Positions 1 through 12,324 are shown, counted from the first letter of the stretch. The stretch: 64,000 nt of DNA from Thiotrichaceae bacterium UBA5859 (GCA_002432655.1 DJFZ01000032.1:1775-65774), one strand, 5' to 3'. Notes: a model not told the origin generated them from the letters alone. Program-made: numbers and translations.

Positions 1-1266
1 CCTTTCGTCTGACCAACCATTATCTTCGCTACGACTTTGTTTTAAAAAAGTCTCGGGATCTGCCTGTAAGATACCCAGCACATCGCTTAACTGGATTAAG
101 GTGGCACATAACCTAGAGGCCGCGACTTCATCCAGCGATTTTAAGCGATTGATCTCTCGCACCAGATCAAACAATACAGCCAATGCTTCGGGCGTATTAA
201 AGTCATCGGCCATGGCATGATAAAAACGTTCGCTATAGTCCTCTTTTTCAGCTGCTTCGGTGGCCGTCACCGTTCGCAACAGACTATAAAAACGATCCAG
301 TGCCGCCTTCGCATTATCCAACTGTTCGGTAGAATAATTTAATGGGCTACGATAATGACTGGCTATCATTAGATAACGAATGACTTCGGGATGGTACTCT
401 TTCAACACCTCTCTGATGGTGAAAAAGTTTCCCAAGGATTTGGACATCTTCTCTTGATTGACCTGCACAAATCCCACATGAATCCAGGTGTGTGCAAACG
501 GTTTGTCCGTTGCGGCTTCTGATTGGGCAATCTCATTTTCATGATGCGGGAACTGTAAATCCAATCCGCCTCCATGAATGTCAAAACTATCACCTAAGCA
601 ACGAGTGGACATGGCAGAGCACTCGATATGCCATCCGGGTCGCCCTGGCCCCCAAGGAGATGACCAGCTCGGTTCATCCACCTTCGCCGACTTCCATAAC
701 ACAAAATCGAGAGGATCCTTTTTCGCTTGGTTTAACTGAACTCTTGCGCCAGCACGTAGATCAGTCACTTGCTTGTGAGACAATTTGCCGTAAGATTCAA
801 ACCGACCGACCTCGTAATAGATATCTCCATTTTCTGCTGAGTAGGCAAAACCTTTCTTCTGTAGCACCTCAATCATCTGAATGATATCTGCCATAGACTC
901 AGTGGCTCTTGGTTCGATATCCGGTGGCAAGACATTTAATTTTTTTTCATCTTCATGCATTGCTTGGATAAACTCATCCGTGAGTGACTGAATCGTTCGA
1001 TTCTGCTCATTGGCTCGTTGAATGATTTTGTCATCCACGTCGGTGATATTGCGCACGTAGGTGACATCATAACCGCAGGCGCGCATGAACCTCACCATAA
1101 AGTCGAAACTGACCAGCACTCGAGCATGCCCCAAATGACAATAGTCATAAACCGTCATGCCACAGACGTACATGCGAATTTTTCCTCTGCAGAGAGGGGT
1201 GAACTCTTCTTTCTGGCGGGTGAGGTTGTTGTATATTTGAATCGATCTTAACTGCTTCTCGGCCAT
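1..1266 (-). CDS. cysS: Cysteinyl-tRNA synthetase, 3' end cut by the window edge (N-terminal ~422 aa present). It is absent from the ORF track because no stop codon falls inside the window.
   Basis: Manual reverse-complement translation from ATG at 1266..1264 gives [15 protein letters not shown]...[15 protein letters not shown] (HIGH-type motif) ... [10 protein letters not shown] (KMSKS motif). The frame is open to position 1. Confidence 0.9.
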   Translation of the reverse strand, partial: MAEKQLRSIQIYNNLTRQKEEFTPLCRGKIRMYVCGMTVYDYCHLGHARVLVSFDFMVRFMRACGYDVTYVRNITDVDDKIIQRANEQNRTIQSLTDEFIQAMHEDEKKLNVLPPDIEPRATESMADIIQMIEVLQKKGFAYSAENGDIYYEVGRFESYGKLSHKQVTDLRAGARVQLNQAKKDPLDFVLWKSAKVDEPSWSSPWGPGRPGWHIECSAMSTRCLGDSFDIHGGGLDLQFPHHENEIAQSEAATDKPFAHTWIHVGFVQVNQEKMSKSLGNFFTIREVLKEYHPEVIRYLMIASHYRSPLNYSTEQLDNAKAALDRFYSLLRTVTATEAAEKEDYSERFYHAMADDFNTPEALAVLFDLVREINRLKSLDEVAASRLCATLIQLSDVLGILQADPETFLKQSRSEDNGWSDER

Positions 1267-1368
1267 ATGCCCTCACTTAGAGTTCTAACTGCGGCGACTT
1301 CATAGAGTGTAAAAAACCCGTTATGATCCTGTCACAGACAACGGATCCCAAAAAGGGAGAATTCTAAC

Positions 1369-1983
1369 ATGCTCAGCCGGAGAAAATGGCCCCTCGCATT
1401 TTTAATAGCGCAACTCATGGCGATCTCTTACGTTGCGGCTTCCAGTAGCCAGGTACCAGAGGCAACCGAGCAAGAAATTCGGGTCAGAATGCTGACCAAC
1501 CAGGGTGAAGTCTTGCTGGCGCTCTATCCTCAACAGGCCCCCATCACAGTGGAAAACTTTTTGACCTATATTCGAGAGGATTTTTACCGGGGTACTATTT
1601 TTCACCGTATCATCGACAATTTTATGATCCAAGGCGGCGGTTTTACACAAACTTTCGAGCAAAAACCGACCCGATCTGCAATCTTAAATGAGGCCAATAA
1701 CCAACAACCCAATGTGCGCGGTAGCCTCGCGATGGCGAGATTATCTCCTCCCCATTCGGCCACTTCACAGTTCTACATCAATTTGGTGGATAACCCCGGG
1801 TTAAATTATCGCAGTTCAACCAATCAAGGCTGGGGATATTGTGTCTTTGGTCGAGTGATTGCCGGCATGTCGGTGGTAGACAAAATTGGCAAAATGCCCA
1901 CCCGTGCGATGGGACCCTTCTCGGCAGATTATCCTATACAGCCAGTGATTATCCTGAAAATGGAAGTCCTAACTAATTCATGA
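1369..1983 (+). CDS. ppiA: Periplasmic cyclophilin-type peptidyl-prolyl cis-trans isomerase
   Basis: N-terminal signal peptide; FHRIIDNFMIQGGGF cyclophilin core; AGGGA-like RBS upstream of ATG. Confidence 0.85.
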   Translation: MLSRRKWPLAFLIAQLMAISYVAASSSQVPEATEQEIRVRMLTNQGEVLLALYPQQAPITVENFLTYIREDFYRGTIFHRIIDNFMIQGGGFTQTFEQKPTRSAILNEANNQQPNVRGSLAMARLSPPHSATSQFYINLVDNPGLNYRSSTNQGWGYCVFGRVIAGMSVVDKIGKMPTRAMGPFSADYPIQPVIILKMEVLTNS

Positions 1984-2738
1984 TTGCGCATTCAGGAGAG
2001 CAACTCTGTTATTTCATTTCTGATCTGCATCTCGCATCAGCCAATGACGCTGCATTTGAGCTCTTCGTGCAATTCGCTCAACAGGAAGCCTTGAAGGCGC
2101 AACATCTCTATATCCTGGGGGATCTTTTTGAAGCCTGGATTGGCGACGACGCCCCTACTGATTCTCTACAGCCGATACTCTCCCGACTTCGGCGTTTGTC
2201 TGACAATGGTACTCAGCTTTATATCATGCACGGGAATCGTGATTTTTTACTTGGAGACCAATTCACCAAATCAATAGGCGCAAAGCTACTGCCTGAGTAC
2301 ACAGTCATCAATCTATTTGGCACCAGCACTCTGCTACTGCACGGTGACAGCCTCTGTACAGATGATGCAGCTTATCAGGAATTTCGCGCACAGGTGAGAG
2401 ATGCCAATTGGCAACAGGAATTTTTATCTCAACCTCTCGCGTCCCGCAGAGCCTACGCGGAACAAGCTAGAGGTAAAAGCGGAGAATACAAGGCACAGGT
2501 AGAAAAGGACATCATGGATGTAAATGACGACGACGTGACCGCAACAATGGCGCGCTATCAGGTGCAGCAAATGATTCACGGGCATACTCATCGGCCAGCG
2601 GTACATCATTCAACGGTTGGTTCAAGAACTTGCGTGCGTTACGTTTTAGGGGACTGGTCAGACAATGCGCTAATTGTACGAGCAACGCACAAACAGACCG
2701 CACTCATTCAGTATAGTCTTTCCGGCTTTGCAGAATGA
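1980..2738 (+). CDS. lpxH: UDP-2,3-diacylglucosamine pyrophosphatase
   Basis: FISDLHLAS...LYILGDLFEAWIGDD calcineurin-like metallophosphatase motifs; ATGA overlap with the ppiA stop, matching the conserved ppi-lpxH pair. Confidence 0.9.
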   Translation: MIAHSGEQLCYFISDLHLASANDAAFELFVQFAQQEALKAQHLYILGDLFEAWIGDDAPTDSLQPILSRLRRLSDNGTQLYIMHGNRDFLLGDQFTKSIGAKLLPEYTVINLFGTSTLLLHGDSLCTDDAAYQEFRAQVRDANWQQEFLSQPLASRRAYAEQARGKSGEYKAQVEKDIMDVNDDDVTATMARYQVQQMIHGHTHRPAVHHSTVGSRTCVRYVLGDWSDNALIVRATHKQTALIQYSLSGFAE

Positions 2739-2756
2739 TTGCATCGTAAAAACACT

Positions 2757-3929
2757 TCAATTCAAACCAGCAATTAAATCTGCCTGAATATCTTCAACGG
2801 CTTCCAAGCCTACTGCGATCCGTACCAGGCCGTCGCCGATACCTGCTTCGCTTCGCTGTTGTTCACTCAGTTTGCCATGAGTGGTTGTAGCGGGATGAGT
2901 AATAGTCGATTTTGTATCTCCTAGGTTCGCAGTGATTGACAGCATTTCAGTCTGATTGATCAGCGCCCAGGCATCGGCTCGCCCACCTTTCAACTCGAAA
3001 GAAACAATGGCGCCGAAATCAGACTGCTGTTCTTTGGCCAACTGATGTTGCGGATGCTCAGGTAAACCAGGATAAAACACTCGCGTCACCTTTGGTTGTT
3101 GTGTTAACCAGTGAGCCAATTGGGACGCATTTTGACAGTGGGCTTGCATTCTGACCTTCAATGTTTCGAGTCCCTTCAAAAATACCCAGGCATTAAAGGG
3201 ACTCATTGCCGGACCTGCACTGCGTAAAAAACCGAATACCTCTTCTAAGGTCTGCTCATCCCCGCAAACGGCGCCCCCCAAACAACGACCTTGGCCATCG
3301 ATAAATTTGGTTGCAGAATGAATGACTACATCTGCACCTAAATTGAGTGGTTGTTGCAGCGCAGGTGTACAAAAACAGTTGTCCACTACCAGGCGAATAT
3401 CCTGTTGGTGTGCGATCTGTGCTAACGCGGCAATATCCACTAAATCGGTTAACGGATTGGACGGACTTTCGCAGAAGAATATTTTAGTATTTGGCTGAAT
3501 GGCCTGTTGCCAAGAATTGAGATCAGACAATTTGACAAAGGTAAATTCAATACCGAACTTGTGCAAATATTTATTAAACAGTGTCACCGTAGAACCAAAC
3601 ACCTCGCGGGCGCAGACCACATGATCACCGGACTGCAAAAGCGCCATACAGGTACAGAGAATGGCGGCCATGCCTGAGCCAGTCGCGACGCAACGTTCGG
3701 CATTTTCCAAAGCCGCCAACCGCTGTTCGAAGGTACGTACAGTGGGATTAGTGAATCTGCTATAAATATTACCAGCAGTCTCGCCGCTAAATTTTGCCGC
3801 TGCTTCCTCGGCGCTGCCAAACACAAAACTCGAAGTAGGAAAAATTGCTTCGGAATTTTCCTGCTCGTGGCTACGGATCTGACCGGCGCGTATCGCCTGA
3901 GTTTGCCATGAGGGTGGATTTTTTTTCAT
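2757..3929 (-). CDS. metZ: O-succinylhomoserine sulfhydrylase / Cys-Met metabolism PLP enzyme
   Basis: 390 aa, PLP-fold gamma-family; the Ser-Ala-Thr-Lys PLP-lysine motif is visible (SATKFIDGQGRC); sits immediately downstream of purF as in Pseudomonas. Confidence 0.8.
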   Translation of the reverse strand: MKKNPPSWQTQAIRAGQIRSHEQENSEAIFPTSSFVFGSAEEAAAKFSGETAGNIYSRFTNPTVRTFEQRLAALENAERCVATGSGMAAILCTCMALLQSGDHVVCAREVFGSTVTLFNKYLHKFGIEFTFVKLSDLNSWQQAIQPNTKIFFCESPSNPLTDLVDIAALAQIAHQQDIRLVVDNCFCTPALQQPLNLGADVVIHSATKFIDGQGRCLGGAVCGDEQTLEEVFGFLRSAGPAMSPFNAWVFLKGLETLKVRMQAHCQNASQLAHWLTQQPKVTRVFYPGLPEHPQHQLAKEQQSDFGAIVSFELKGGRADAWALINQTEMLSITANLGDTKSTITHPATTTHGKLSEQQRSEAGIGDGLVRIAVGLEAVEDIQADLIAGLN

Positions 3930-3935
3930 ATTGAC

Positions 3936-5453
3936 CTAGCTATTATTATGTACTGCCAAGACAGTATAACCCTTATCCTGTGATCGCCTTCTCTCTTGGG
4001 CTGCATCATTACGGCTATCTTTCAATCTTTTCAGGTAAGCCTCATCCACATCACCCGTGACATAATCTCCATTAAAACATGAACTATCGAAACGAGTAAT
4101 GTGTCCGTAGTGACCACATACAGCGTTTTCCAAATCTTCCAATGTTTGATAGATGAGCGCATCGGCACCAATCGCTTGGCGGATCTGCTCTAACTCTCGT
4201 TGATGGCCTATCAATTCACTGGCGCTGGGCATATCGATTCCATATACATTCGGAAAGCACACCGGTGGCGCAGCGGACGCAAAATAGACCTGATTCGCAC
4301 CCGCGTCTCGCGCCATCTGGACTATCTGTTGCGACGTGGTGCCACGCACAATGGAATCATCCACCAAGAGCACGTTTTTGCCATCAAACTCCAAATCTAT
4401 GGCATTCAGTTTTCGCCTCACGGAGCGTTGACGTTCTTTCTGACCAGGCATAATAAATGTTCGACCAATGTAACGATTTTTGATAAACCCTTCGCGATAA
4501 ACCACGTTGAGTTCCCGAGCCAATTCCATCGCAGCGGTACGCGCCGTATCCGGGATTGGAATCACCACATCGATATGTTTATCGTGCCACTGTTTTTTAA
4601 TTTGTTGTCCGAGTTTTTCACCCATTCTGAGTCGACTTTTATAGACCGAGATACCGTCTATCATAGAGTCCGGTCTAGCAAAATAGACATACTCAAATAT
4701 ACATGGAGAACGCTGCGCCTTGTCCGCACACTGTTTAGTCCAGAGATTTCCATCTAAATCACAATATACAGCCTCTCCCGGCGCCACATCAGCGATCAAC
4801 TCAAAGCCTTGAAAATCGAGTGCCACACTCTCTGACGCCAACATATATTCATCGCCTTGTTCAGTCTCTCGTTTACCGTATACCAAAGGTCTAATACCGT
4901 TGGGATCTCGAAAACCGACCATACCGTGGCCATTTATCATCAACACCACGGCATAAGCGCCGCGACAACGCCGATGAACTGCGGAAACTGCGTTAAAGAT
5001 ATCTTCTTGATCGAGATCAGCTTTACCCAGGCGATGCAACTCATGTGCAAATACATTCAGCAACACCTCTGAGTCGGAATCCGTATTCACATGACGCATA
5101 TCGGTACGAAACATCTCTTGCTTCAGGGCCATAGCGTTAGTGAGATTGCCATTATGCGCTAGGGAAATACCGAAAGGTGCATTCACATAAAATGGTTGAG
5201 CCTGAGATGAGCTGGATGATCCAGCGGTGGGATAACGACAGTGACCAATCCCTACACGACCCGTCAAGCGCAACATATGGTCAGCTTGAAACACATCATG
5301 CACTAAACCGTTACTCTTACTTAAATTGAAATAGCCGTTGTCCAAGGTGGTGATGCCCGCAGCATCTTGACCTCGATGCTGCAATACCGTCAAAGATTCA
5401 TAGAGTAAAAGATTCACATCGCTTTTTAAAACCGCACCGACAACACCACACAT
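3936..5453 (-). CDS. purF: Amidophosphoribosyltransferase
   Basis: MCGVVG N-terminal nucleophile; 505 aa; PRTase domain. Confidence 0.95.
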   Translation of the reverse strand: MCGVVGAVLKSDVNLLLYESLTVLQHRGQDAAGITTLDNGYFNLSKSNGLVHDVFQADHMLRLTGRVGIGHCRYPTAGSSSSSQAQPFYVNAPFGISLAHNGNLTNAMALKQEMFRTDMRHVNTDSDSEVLLNVFAHELHRLGKADLDQEDIFNAVSAVHRRCRGAYAVVLMINGHGMVGFRDPNGIRPLVYGKRETEQGDEYMLASESVALDFQGFELIADVAPGEAVYCDLDGNLWTKQCADKAQRSPCIFEYVYFARPDSMIDGISVYKSRLRMGEKLGQQIKKQWHDKHIDVVIPIPDTARTAAMELARELNVVYREGFIKNRYIGRTFIMPGQKERQRSVRRKLNAIDLEFDGKNVLLVDDSIVRGTTSQQIVQMARDAGANQVYFASAAPPVCFPNVYGIDMPSASELIGHQRELEQIRQAIGADALIYQTLEDLENAVCGHYGHITRFDSSCFNGDYVTGDVDEAYLKRLKDSRNDAAQERRRSQDKGYTVLAVHNNS

Positions 5454-5469
5454 TTAACTCATCCACCTA

Positions 5470-5976
5470 TTAAAGATTTAACCTAGGGTCTAGCGGTATC
5501 GGCGCTGACGCCTCTACAGGGAAATGGGACTCCAACCAGTTGACCACTATCAAAATTTGAGGGATGACTACTGAGCTTTGCCAAGTTCTATTTTGACTCA
5601 ATGGCGTTAAGCTACCGATCATCACCAACAGGATTAACAATATAGTCCCCCGTAAGGTACCAAATACCAAGCCAAACACTCTGTCCGGCACTTTGAGTAG
5701 CGTTTTATGTATCAAATTTTTGACCAATGCTTTAACCAAAGAAGCCACTAGCAGCACAACAACAAATATCACTAAAACCGAAATCGCATAGGCAAGGGAA
5801 GACTGAGGCACCCAGGCACCCAACTGCACAGCCAGAGATGGCGAAAACAGCAGCGAACATACGCCTGCGACCACCCATGCAAGGATGGACAACACTTCGG
5901 TTACTAATCCACGGATCCAGCCTACTAAAGCGGAAACTGCCAAAATTAGCAAAAGCAGAATGTCAATCCACACCAT
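5470..5976 (-). CDS. cvpA: Colicin V production membrane protein
   Basis: 168 aa polytopic membrane protein directly upstream of purF. Confidence 0.85.
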   Translation of the reverse strand: MVWIDILLLLILAVSALVGWIRGLVTEVLSILAWVVAGVCSLLFSPSLAVQLGAWVPQSSLAYAISVLVIFVVVLLVASLVKALVKNLIHKTLLKVPDRVFGLVFGTLRGTILLILLVMIGSLTPLSQNRTWQSSVVIPQILIVVNWLESHFPVEASAPIPLDPRLNL

Positions 5977-6039
5977 AGACGATAAAATCTGGGCCTGATA
6001 TAGGGACGGCTAGTCTATCAAATTAGTGGCAACAGTGCC

Positions 6040-6603
6040 CTAATCCTTCAACTCTCTAACTAAGCCCTCGGTAGAAAATTTGTTCTGAATCTGTTGCTGA
6101 CCTTGCATCGCTTCGTTTTTAGTTTTAAACGGACCGGCGATGACACGATACCCTGGTTTGTTTTTCACCGTTATCGATTCTATATAGGCGGTGAATCCGC
6201 CCTTTTGTAGTTCATCTCGAAACCTTTGCGCGTTTTGACGTTGACTAAAGCTCGCTACCTGAACCACCCACTCTCCCTTAGCTGCTGAACTCTCAGCAGT
6301 CCGATTTTTTTGTTCAGACTGGTTCTTCTCAACTAAGCCACTTTCCTTGTTCGCACTCGCCCGCTCCTCCCCCTTCTGCAACGAGGACGGGGCCAAACGT
6401 TTGCCTCCGGTCTCTCCGGCATCAAGTGCACTCCCCGGTACGATCCCTGTTGGTTCTAGCAATGCCGGGGGTACAGGTGGCACCTGATCATCCAGATAGG
6501 CTTCATATCCCTCACCATCAAAAATCATGGGTAAAAAAATGACCGCCAGTAACACTAAAATTATAGCGCCTACTAGTCGTTGCTTGATTTGGATTTCTTC
6601 CAT
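6040..6603 (-). CDS. dedD: SPOR-domain cell-division protein, DedD-like
   Basis: N-terminal TM, Pro/Gly-rich linker, C-terminal SPOR-like WVVQVASFSQRQNAQRF...GYRVIAGPF; lies at the folC-dedD-cvpA-purF position. Confidence 0.75.
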   Translation of the reverse strand: MEEIQIKQRLVGAIILVLLAVIFLPMIFDGEGYEAYLDDQVPPVPPALLEPTGIVPGSALDAGETGGKRLAPSSLQKGEERASANKESGLVEKNQSEQKNRTAESSAAKGEWVVQVASFSQRQNAQRFRDELQKGGFTAYIESITVKNKPGYRVIAGPFKTKNEAMQGQQQIQNKFSTEGLVRELKD

Positions 6604-6625
6604 ATCAGTTTAATCTTACTTGTAG

Positions 6626-7894
6626 TTAATCCACAGACAAATTCAACTCACGCATTAGATCGCCAATTAAGACAAATGAGCCAAATGCGATTATCGGCTT
6701 ATCTCCGGACTGTCGTTGCGCGCCATGCCAAGCTTCAAGCGCACTTTGGTAACAATAAATATTCGCATCTGGATCACCTGCTTTGATGATATGCGCCAAA
6801 TCTGACGTACCGAGCGCACGGTCATCAACTAAAGGGACAAGATGCCAAGCGCAAATATTCCCCTTAACCTGCTCTATGCTACCTAAGATGTCTTTGTTCT
6901 GCAGCATAGCAAATAACACATGTACTTCACCGGCTTCTGGATAATCTTCGTATAATTTTTCAAATAGGGCTGCTATTGCCGGTTTATTATGCGCAACATC
7001 AAGAACTTGTAGAGGATTTTCAGAAATTACCGAAAATCTACCGGCCAATCGCTGTATGCTTCCTGAGGCCAATGCTTGGCTCGACACCGGTAACTGAGCA
7101 GACAACAGTTCCGCCGCTTGCATCGCGCAAGCGATGGCAGATTTATTTAGTTGACTAGTATGCAGAGGGATTTGCAATTTTTCCCCATCAGCCTTTATCC
7201 CTCGCCACATCCATTGTTTACCGCTGGAATCTATTTCAAACTCCCGACCATACAGATAGAGTGGTGTGTGCAATCGCGCCACTTCTTTCATAACCGCTGT
7301 TGGCGGATTGTCATCTCCATACACTACCGGTTTACGAAGACGAAAAATACCCGCTTTCTCACGACCGATGGAATCCAGATCTGGGCCGAGGTAATCCATG
7401 TGGTCGTGCCCCACACTGGTGATGACCGCCACATCTGCGTCCACTACATTCACCGCATCCAAGCGCCCACCCAAGCCTACCTCTAATAACATCACGTCTA
7501 CGTTGGCATGGTAAAAAATCCACAGTGCGGCCAAGGTGGTAAATTCGAAAAAGGTTAAGGAAGTGCCTTGACGCGCCTGCTCCACATGAGTGAATGCGTC
7601 TATCAGAAGATCATCACTCAGAGGCTGTCGATTGATACGAATGCGTTCATTAAATTGCACAAGATGGGGTGAAGTGTAGCTTGCTACTTGATACCCTTGT
7701 TGCAAATAGATAGCTTCTAATGCGGCCACACAGGTGCCTTTACCATTGGTTCCCGCAACGGTAATCACAGGCATTGGAAAACCTTGCAGTAAAAAACGAT
7801 CAGCAACCAGAGAAACACGCTCTAGCCCCATATCAATGGTTTTGGGGTGTTGTTTAGTTAATCTCAGCAACCAATCTTGCAGCGCTGGCGACAT
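6626..7894 (-). CDS. folC: Bifunctional folylpolyglutamate synthase / dihydrofolate synthase
   Basis: 422 aa; Mur-ligase P-loop VAGTNGKGT. Confidence 0.9.
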   Translation of the reverse strand: MSPALQDWLLRLTKQHPKTIDMGLERVSLVADRFLLQGFPMPVITVAGTNGKGTCVAALEAIYLQQGYQVASYTSPHLVQFNERIRINRQPLSDDLLIDAFTHVEQARQGTSLTFFEFTTLAALWIFYHANVDVMLLEVGLGGRLDAVNVVDADVAVITSVGHDHMDYLGPDLDSIGREKAGIFRLRKPVVYGDDNPPTAVMKEVARLHTPLYLYGREFEIDSSGKQWMWRGIKADGEKLQIPLHTSQLNKSAIACAMQAAELLSAQLPVSSQALASGSIQRLAGRFSVISENPLQVLDVAHNKPAIAALFEKLYEDYPEAGEVHVLFAMLQNKDILGSIEQVKGNICAWHLVPLVDDRALGTSDLAHIIKAGDPDANIYCYQSALEAWHGAQRQSGDKPIIAFGSFVLIGDLMRELNLSVD

Positions 7895-7903
7895 GCAAAT
7901 CGA

Positions 7904-8794
7904 TTAACTAGCTGGCTCAGGATCATCTGCCACTACTGGTGTGATTTTCTGCATAATCAAAAGTAGATTATGCAGACGCTCTCTCATTTGGGTGCGCGGG
8001 ATAATCATATCGATAGCACCGTGGGTGAGCAGAAATTCAGCGCGTTGGAATCCTTCCGGTAATGTTTCCCGCACTGTTTGTTCAATCACACGAGGCCCCG
8101 CAAATCCGATTTGCGCATTGGGCTCTGCCACATTTAAATCTCCCAGCATCGCAAAACTGGCAGAGACGCCTCCAGTAGTGGGATCCGTCAATACGGAAAT
8201 ATAAGGCACCCCAGCATTTGCCAAACGACCAAGGGCGGCGCTGGTTTTTGCCATCTGCATGAGTGAAATCAATGCTTCTTGCATGCGAGCACCACCAGAA
8301 GCAGAGAAGCAAATAAGGGGATGACAATGTTCACGGGCCACGTCTACCGCACGCACGAATCGTTCCCCCACTACAGCACCCATTGATCCCCCCATGAAGG
8401 AGAATTCGAAAGCCGCGCATACTACCGGCAAGTTTAGCAACGTGCCACTCATCGCCACCATCGCATCCGTTTCATTGGTCTTTTTCTGCATTTGCAGAAT
8501 TCGATCACGATATTTTTTACTATCTTTGAATTTTAAAACATCCACTGGCTGCAGCTTGGCACCGATCTCCTCTCGGCCGCCCGCATCCAGAAAAGTGTCC
8601 AAACGTCTTCTCGCACTGATGCGTAAATGATGTCCACACTTCGGACAAACACTCAGATTGCGCTCTAACTCGGCGGTATATAGCATCGCGTCACAAGCTG
8701 GGCACTTGGTCCAGATCCCCTCTGGCACATCTTTCTTCTCACCACTCGCTTCCGTACGAATCTTGGAGGGAATTAATTTTTCAAACCAACTCAT
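7904..8794 (-). CDS. accD: Acetyl-CoA carboxylase carboxyltransferase beta subunit
   Basis: N-terminal C4 zinc ribbon CPACDA...CPKCGHH; carboxyltransferase domain. Confidence 0.95.
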   Translation of the reverse strand: MSWFEKLIPSKIRTEASGEKKDVPEGIWTKCPACDAMLYTAELERNLSVCPKCGHHLRISARRRLDTFLDAGGREEIGAKLQPVDVLKFKDSKKYRDRILQMQKKTNETDAMVAMSGTLLNLPVVCAAFEFSFMGGSMGAVVGERFVRAVDVAREHCHPLICFSASGGARMQEALISLMQMAKTSAALGRLANAGVPYISVLTDPTTGGVSASFAMLGDLNVAEPNAQIGFAGPRVIEQTVRETLPEGFQRAEFLLTHGAIDMIIPRTQMRERLHNLLLIMQKITPVVADDPEPAS

Positions 8795-8815
8795 CTATCA
8801 CCACCCATTTTTATC

Positions 8816-9637
8816 TTATTTTTCAAGCGCAGGCAGACCATCAATAGCCGCACGAATATCGCGCATCACCTGAGACATGGCCTGCTTCATTGTATGAGGG
8901 TCGGTTGCGTATTTTTCAACACAATTCACCAACGCACTGCCCACTACCAGGGCATCTGCATGACGCCCCATTGCTGTTGCGGTAGCCCCATCTCGAATGC
9001 CAAATCCTACACCCACTGGCAGAGACGTATGCTTGCGAATTTTCGCAACTTGATCTGCTATCTCTTGATAGTCACTCACTTGTGCGCCAGTCACGCCCCG
9101 TAAAGAGACATAATAAACGAATCCCTTAGCCAATTCACAGGCACGCTGAATACGCGCATCACTACTAGTAGGCGCCAATAAAAATACCGGAGCCAAATCG
9201 TGCTCCTCGAAAACCTGGATCACTTCATCTGCCTCCTCTGGAGGCATATCCACGATGATAAGACCATCCACCCCCGCAGCATTCGCCTGGGCGGCAAATT
9301 TTTCGAATCCCATACATTCTATGGGATTCAAATAACCCATTAGCACAATTGGTGTACTTTTGTCTTGCTGGCGAAACTGAACCACTAGCTGTAACACCTG
9401 GGACAAACCCATATGATGAGCTAAAGCCCTCTCGTTTGCCTTCTGTACCACTGGGCCATCCGCCATAGGATCAGAAAAAGGCATTCCTAATTCCAATACG
9501 TCCGCACCCTCCGCCACCAAATGATGCAATAGGGAAACAGTCATTTTAGGCTCAGGATCACCGGCGGTAATAAAAGTGATAAATGCTCGCTTACCTTGCT
9601 CTTTTAAGGAAGCAAACCTAGCATCAAGTCGGCTCAT
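8816..9637 (-). CDS. trpA: Tryptophan synthase alpha chain
   Basis: 273 aa TIM barrel; overlaps the trpB stop by 4 nt. Confidence 0.95.
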   Translation of the reverse strand: MSRLDARFASLKEQGKRAFITFITAGDPEPKMTVSLLHHLVAEGADVLELGMPFSDPMADGPVVQKANERALAHHMGLSQVLQLVVQFRQQDKSTPIVLMGYLNPIECMGFEKFAAQANAAGVDGLIIVDMPPEEADEVIQVFEEHDLAPVFLLAPTSSDARIQRACELAKGFVYYVSLRGVTGAQVSDYQEIADQVAKIRKHTSLPVGVGFGIRDGATATAMGRHADALVVGSALVNCVEKYATDPHTMKQAMSQVMRDIRAAIDGLPALEK

Positions 9638-10857
9638 ATCTCAATGCCTTCTAGGGATGCCACCGTGTGCACATCTTTATCCCCACGACCGGATAAGTTC
9701 ACTAAAACAATCTCATCCTTACTACGTGCCGCAGCAAGTTTGGTCGCATAAGCAATGGCATGGCTCGATTCTAGCGCGGGCAAGATACCCTCTACTCTCG
9801 TAAGCAAATGAAAAGCCTCTAACGCTTCCTGATCTGTTACCGCCACATATTGAGCGCGGTGCATGTCTTTCCAATAGGCATGTTCCGGCCCCACCCCCGG
9901 ATAATCTAAGCCGGCGGAGATAGAATGGGTTTCAATGATTTGACCGTCCTCATCCTGCATGACGTAAGTCCGGTTGCCATGTAATACACCTGGCGAGCCA
10001 GCACACAAAGGCGCTGCGTGATGGCCAGTACTGACACCTTCGCCGGCGGCTTCTACGCCATACATCTCAACGTCAGCGTCGTTCACGAATGGATGAAACA
10101 ATCCGATTGAATTCGATCCACCACCGACACAGGCCACTAGCGCATCGGGCAGACGACCTACCTGGGCTAACATCTGTTCTTTTGCTTCACGCCCGATGAT
10201 ACTTTGAAAATCACGCACCATCGCGGGATAAGGATGAGGGCCGGCCACCGTGCCAATAATGTAGAAGGTCTCCTCCACTCGCGTCACCCAGTCCCGCAGG
10301 GCTTCGTTCAGAGCGTCTTTTAAGGTTTTCGAGCCGGAGCTGACGGGAACCACTTCCGCCCCTAAGAGTCGCATGCGATAAACATTAATCGCCTGGCGGC
10401 GGATATCCTCTTCCCCCATGTAGACAGTACATTGCAATCCAAGGCGAGCAGCCACAGTGGCCGAGGCGACGCCATGCTGTCCCGCACCTGTTTCCGCAAT
10501 TACCCTCGGTTTGCCCATGCGTTTGGCTAGCAATGCCTGACCCACAGTATTATTAATTTTATGGGCACCGGTGTGGTTTAGATCTTCGCGTTTGAGATAA
10601 ATCTGCGCGCCACCTACCTGTGCAGTTAGACGCTTGGCAAAATAGAGCGGCGATGGCCTACCCACGTAGTGTTTGAGATCTTCATCGAATTCAGCTAGAA
10701 ATTCAGCCTCCTGAAGATAGTGTTTATAGGCGCTTTCCAACTCACTGATGGCACCCATCAGGGTTTCCGAGACATATTTCCCGCCATATTGACCAAAATG
10801 GCCTTTTGCATCTGGCATTTGCGCCAAATGTTCCCAACCGCGCCTCGTGTCATTCAT
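9634..10857 (-). CDS. trpB: Tryptophan synthase beta chain
   Basis: 407 aa; PLP lysine motif HTGAHKINN. Confidence 0.95.
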   Translation of the reverse strand: MNDTRRGWEHLAQMPDAKGHFGQYGGKYVSETLMGAISELESAYKHYLQEAEFLAEFDEDLKHYVGRPSPLYFAKRLTAQVGGAQIYLKREDLNHTGAHKINNTVGQALLAKRMGKPRVIAETGAGQHGVASATVAARLGLQCTVYMGEEDIRRQAINVYRMRLLGAEVVPVSSGSKTLKDALNEALRDWVTRVEETFYIIGTVAGPHPYPAMVRDFQSIIGREAKEQMLAQVGRLPDALVACVGGGSNSIGLFHPFVNDADVEMYGVEAAGEGVSTGHHAAPLCAGSPGVLHGNRTYVMQDEDGQIIETHSISAGLDYPGVGPEHAYWKDMHRAQYVAVTDQEALEAFHLLTRVEGILPALESSHAIAYATKLAAARSKDEIVLVNLSGRGDKDVHTVASLEGIEI

Positions 10858-11471
10858 ACCACAGATTTAGCAACCTCTATAAATCTTTTCACTTTTTCCG
10901 CATCTTTGATGCCAGGGGCAGATTCTACACCACTACTGACGTCAACGGCGCTTGGTTTTACGGTTTTGATGCCACTTTCCACGTTTTCCGCAGTTAACCC
11001 GCCTGCCAATATCACTGGCAGCGTTAAGCAAGGGGACTGAGACCAGTCAAAAGACTGTCCTGTGCCCCCATGAGCTTCGGTATCGAACTTATCCAATAAT
11101 ATGGCACGAGCAGAGGTATAGGTAGATGCGATCCCTACCATGTCAACGCCCCTGGCCACACCGATGGCTTTTATATAGGGCAAAGAATAACGTTCGCAGT
11201 CAGTAACAGATTCTTTGCCATGAAATTGCAACAGGTTTAAGGGCACGGCCTGGCAAACTTGTTCTATTTCTGCAGGCGACTGATCCACGAAGAGCCCGAC
11301 CAATAATACTAGCGGACATAATCCCTCGACGATTTCACTGGCAAGCTCAATGTTCACGTATCTTCGACTACCAGGATAAAATACTAAGCCAATCGCATCC
11401 GCACCAGCAGCGACAGCAATTTGTGCATCCTTTGGTCTCGTAATTCCACAAATTTTCACTCTCACGGCCAT
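10854..11471 (-). CDS. trpF: Phosphoribosylanthranilate isomerase
   Basis: 205 aa; [11 protein letters not shown] start; 4-nt overlap with trpB. Confidence 0.9.
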   Translation of the reverse strand: MAVRVKICGITRPKDAQIAVAAGADAIGLVFYPGSRRYVNIELASEIVEGLCPLVLLVGLFVDQSPAEIEQVCQAVPLNLLQFHGKESVTDCERYSLPYIKAIGVARGVDMVGIASTYTSARAILLDKFDTEAHGGTGQSFDWSQSPCLTLPVILAGGLTAENVESGIKTVKPSAVDVSSGVESAPGIKDAEKVKRFIEVAKSVV

Positions 11472-11478
11472 GCTTAAA

Positions 11479-12282
11479 TTATCCTTCTGTAGATAGGCGG
11501 GGCCAAGATGTCACTTTGCCGTCGGGCAGTTGAAATTCAGGAGGATATTGTACACTGGTCAAGTACAGACCACAGGCGGGCGCAGTGGCAGCACATTGTC
11601 GTCGATCACGACTGCTCAACACCTGCTCCAGCCACTCAATAGGCCGCTTACCGCGTCCCACTTCAAACAAACATCCCGCGATGTTTCGTACCATATGCAA
11701 TAAAAACGCATTGGCCTGAACAGTGAAACAGATACCCTGCTCTTCACGTTGCACCACCACATAAGAAACATGTCTCATAGTACTGTGAGACTGACAACCA
11801 GCGCCGCGAAAAGCACTAAAATCCAACTCACCGATTAAACTCTGACCGGCTTGGTGCATTGCCTCTACATCCAACATATAGGGTGTCCACGCCATTCTAT
11901 TACGCGCTAGCGCGGAACGCACTCTTCCTTCTTGGATCCAGTACTGATAGCGCCTACTTTGCGCACTGAAACGAGCATGAAAATCTTTATCTACTGCTTT
12001 CGCCCAATGGATGGCGATGTCGTCCGGGCAATTTACATTGCCACCCAACACCCATGCGTCGGCATTTCTAGCGGCATCAGAATCAAAGTGGACAACTTGA
12101 TTCAATGCATGCACGCCGGCATCGGTTCGTCCCGCACACTGCAAAAACACAGATCGGTTTGCCACTTTCGACAGGGCGGCCTCCACTGCTCCCTGCACAG
12201 TACGAACAGCAGGTTGACGCTGCCAACCATGGAAAGCCGTGCCATCGTATTCTATTGATAATGCCCAACGCACAAGATCCAA
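11479..12282 (-). CDS. truA: tRNA pseudouridine(38-40) synthase
   Basis: 267 aa; catalytic-Asp motif GAGRTDAGVHA. Confidence 0.9.
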   Translation of the reverse strand: MDLVRWALSIEYDGTAFHGWQRQPAVRTVQGAVEAALSKVANRSVFLQCAGRTDAGVHALNQVVHFDSDAARNADAWVLGGNVNCPDDIAIHWAKAVDKDFHARFSAQSRRYQYWIQEGRVRSALARNRMAWTPYMLDVEAMHQAGQSLIGELDFSAFRGAGCQSHSTMRHVSYVVVQREEQGICFTVQANAFLLHMVRNIAGCLFEVGRGKRPIEWLEQVLSSRDRRQCAATAPACGLYLTSVQYPPEFQLPDGKVTSWPRLSTEG

Positions 12283-12306
12283 ACCTTATTGCTCAATACG
12301 AAAAAT

Positions 12307-12324
12307 CCAGCGACAAGTCGCTGG
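12307..12324 (-). terminator. Candidate intrinsic terminator between fimV and truA
   Basis: Perfect inverted repeat ccagcgac-aa-gtcgctgg, followed on the minus strand by ATTTTTCG; A-run on the other side, so possibly bidirectional. Confidence 0.4.

Noticed and set aside
402-593. 63-aa minus-strand ORF in the track at the left edge
   Set aside because: It lies in a different frame inside the cysS coding region. The real feature is the edge-truncated cysS, which the track omits.
4200-4757. Long antisense ORFs inside purF, metH (25599..25928), fimV (12527..12748, 13047..13442), prsK and others
   Set aside because: These are shadow ORFs inside well-supported conserved genes. Their translations are low-complexity or unrecognisable.
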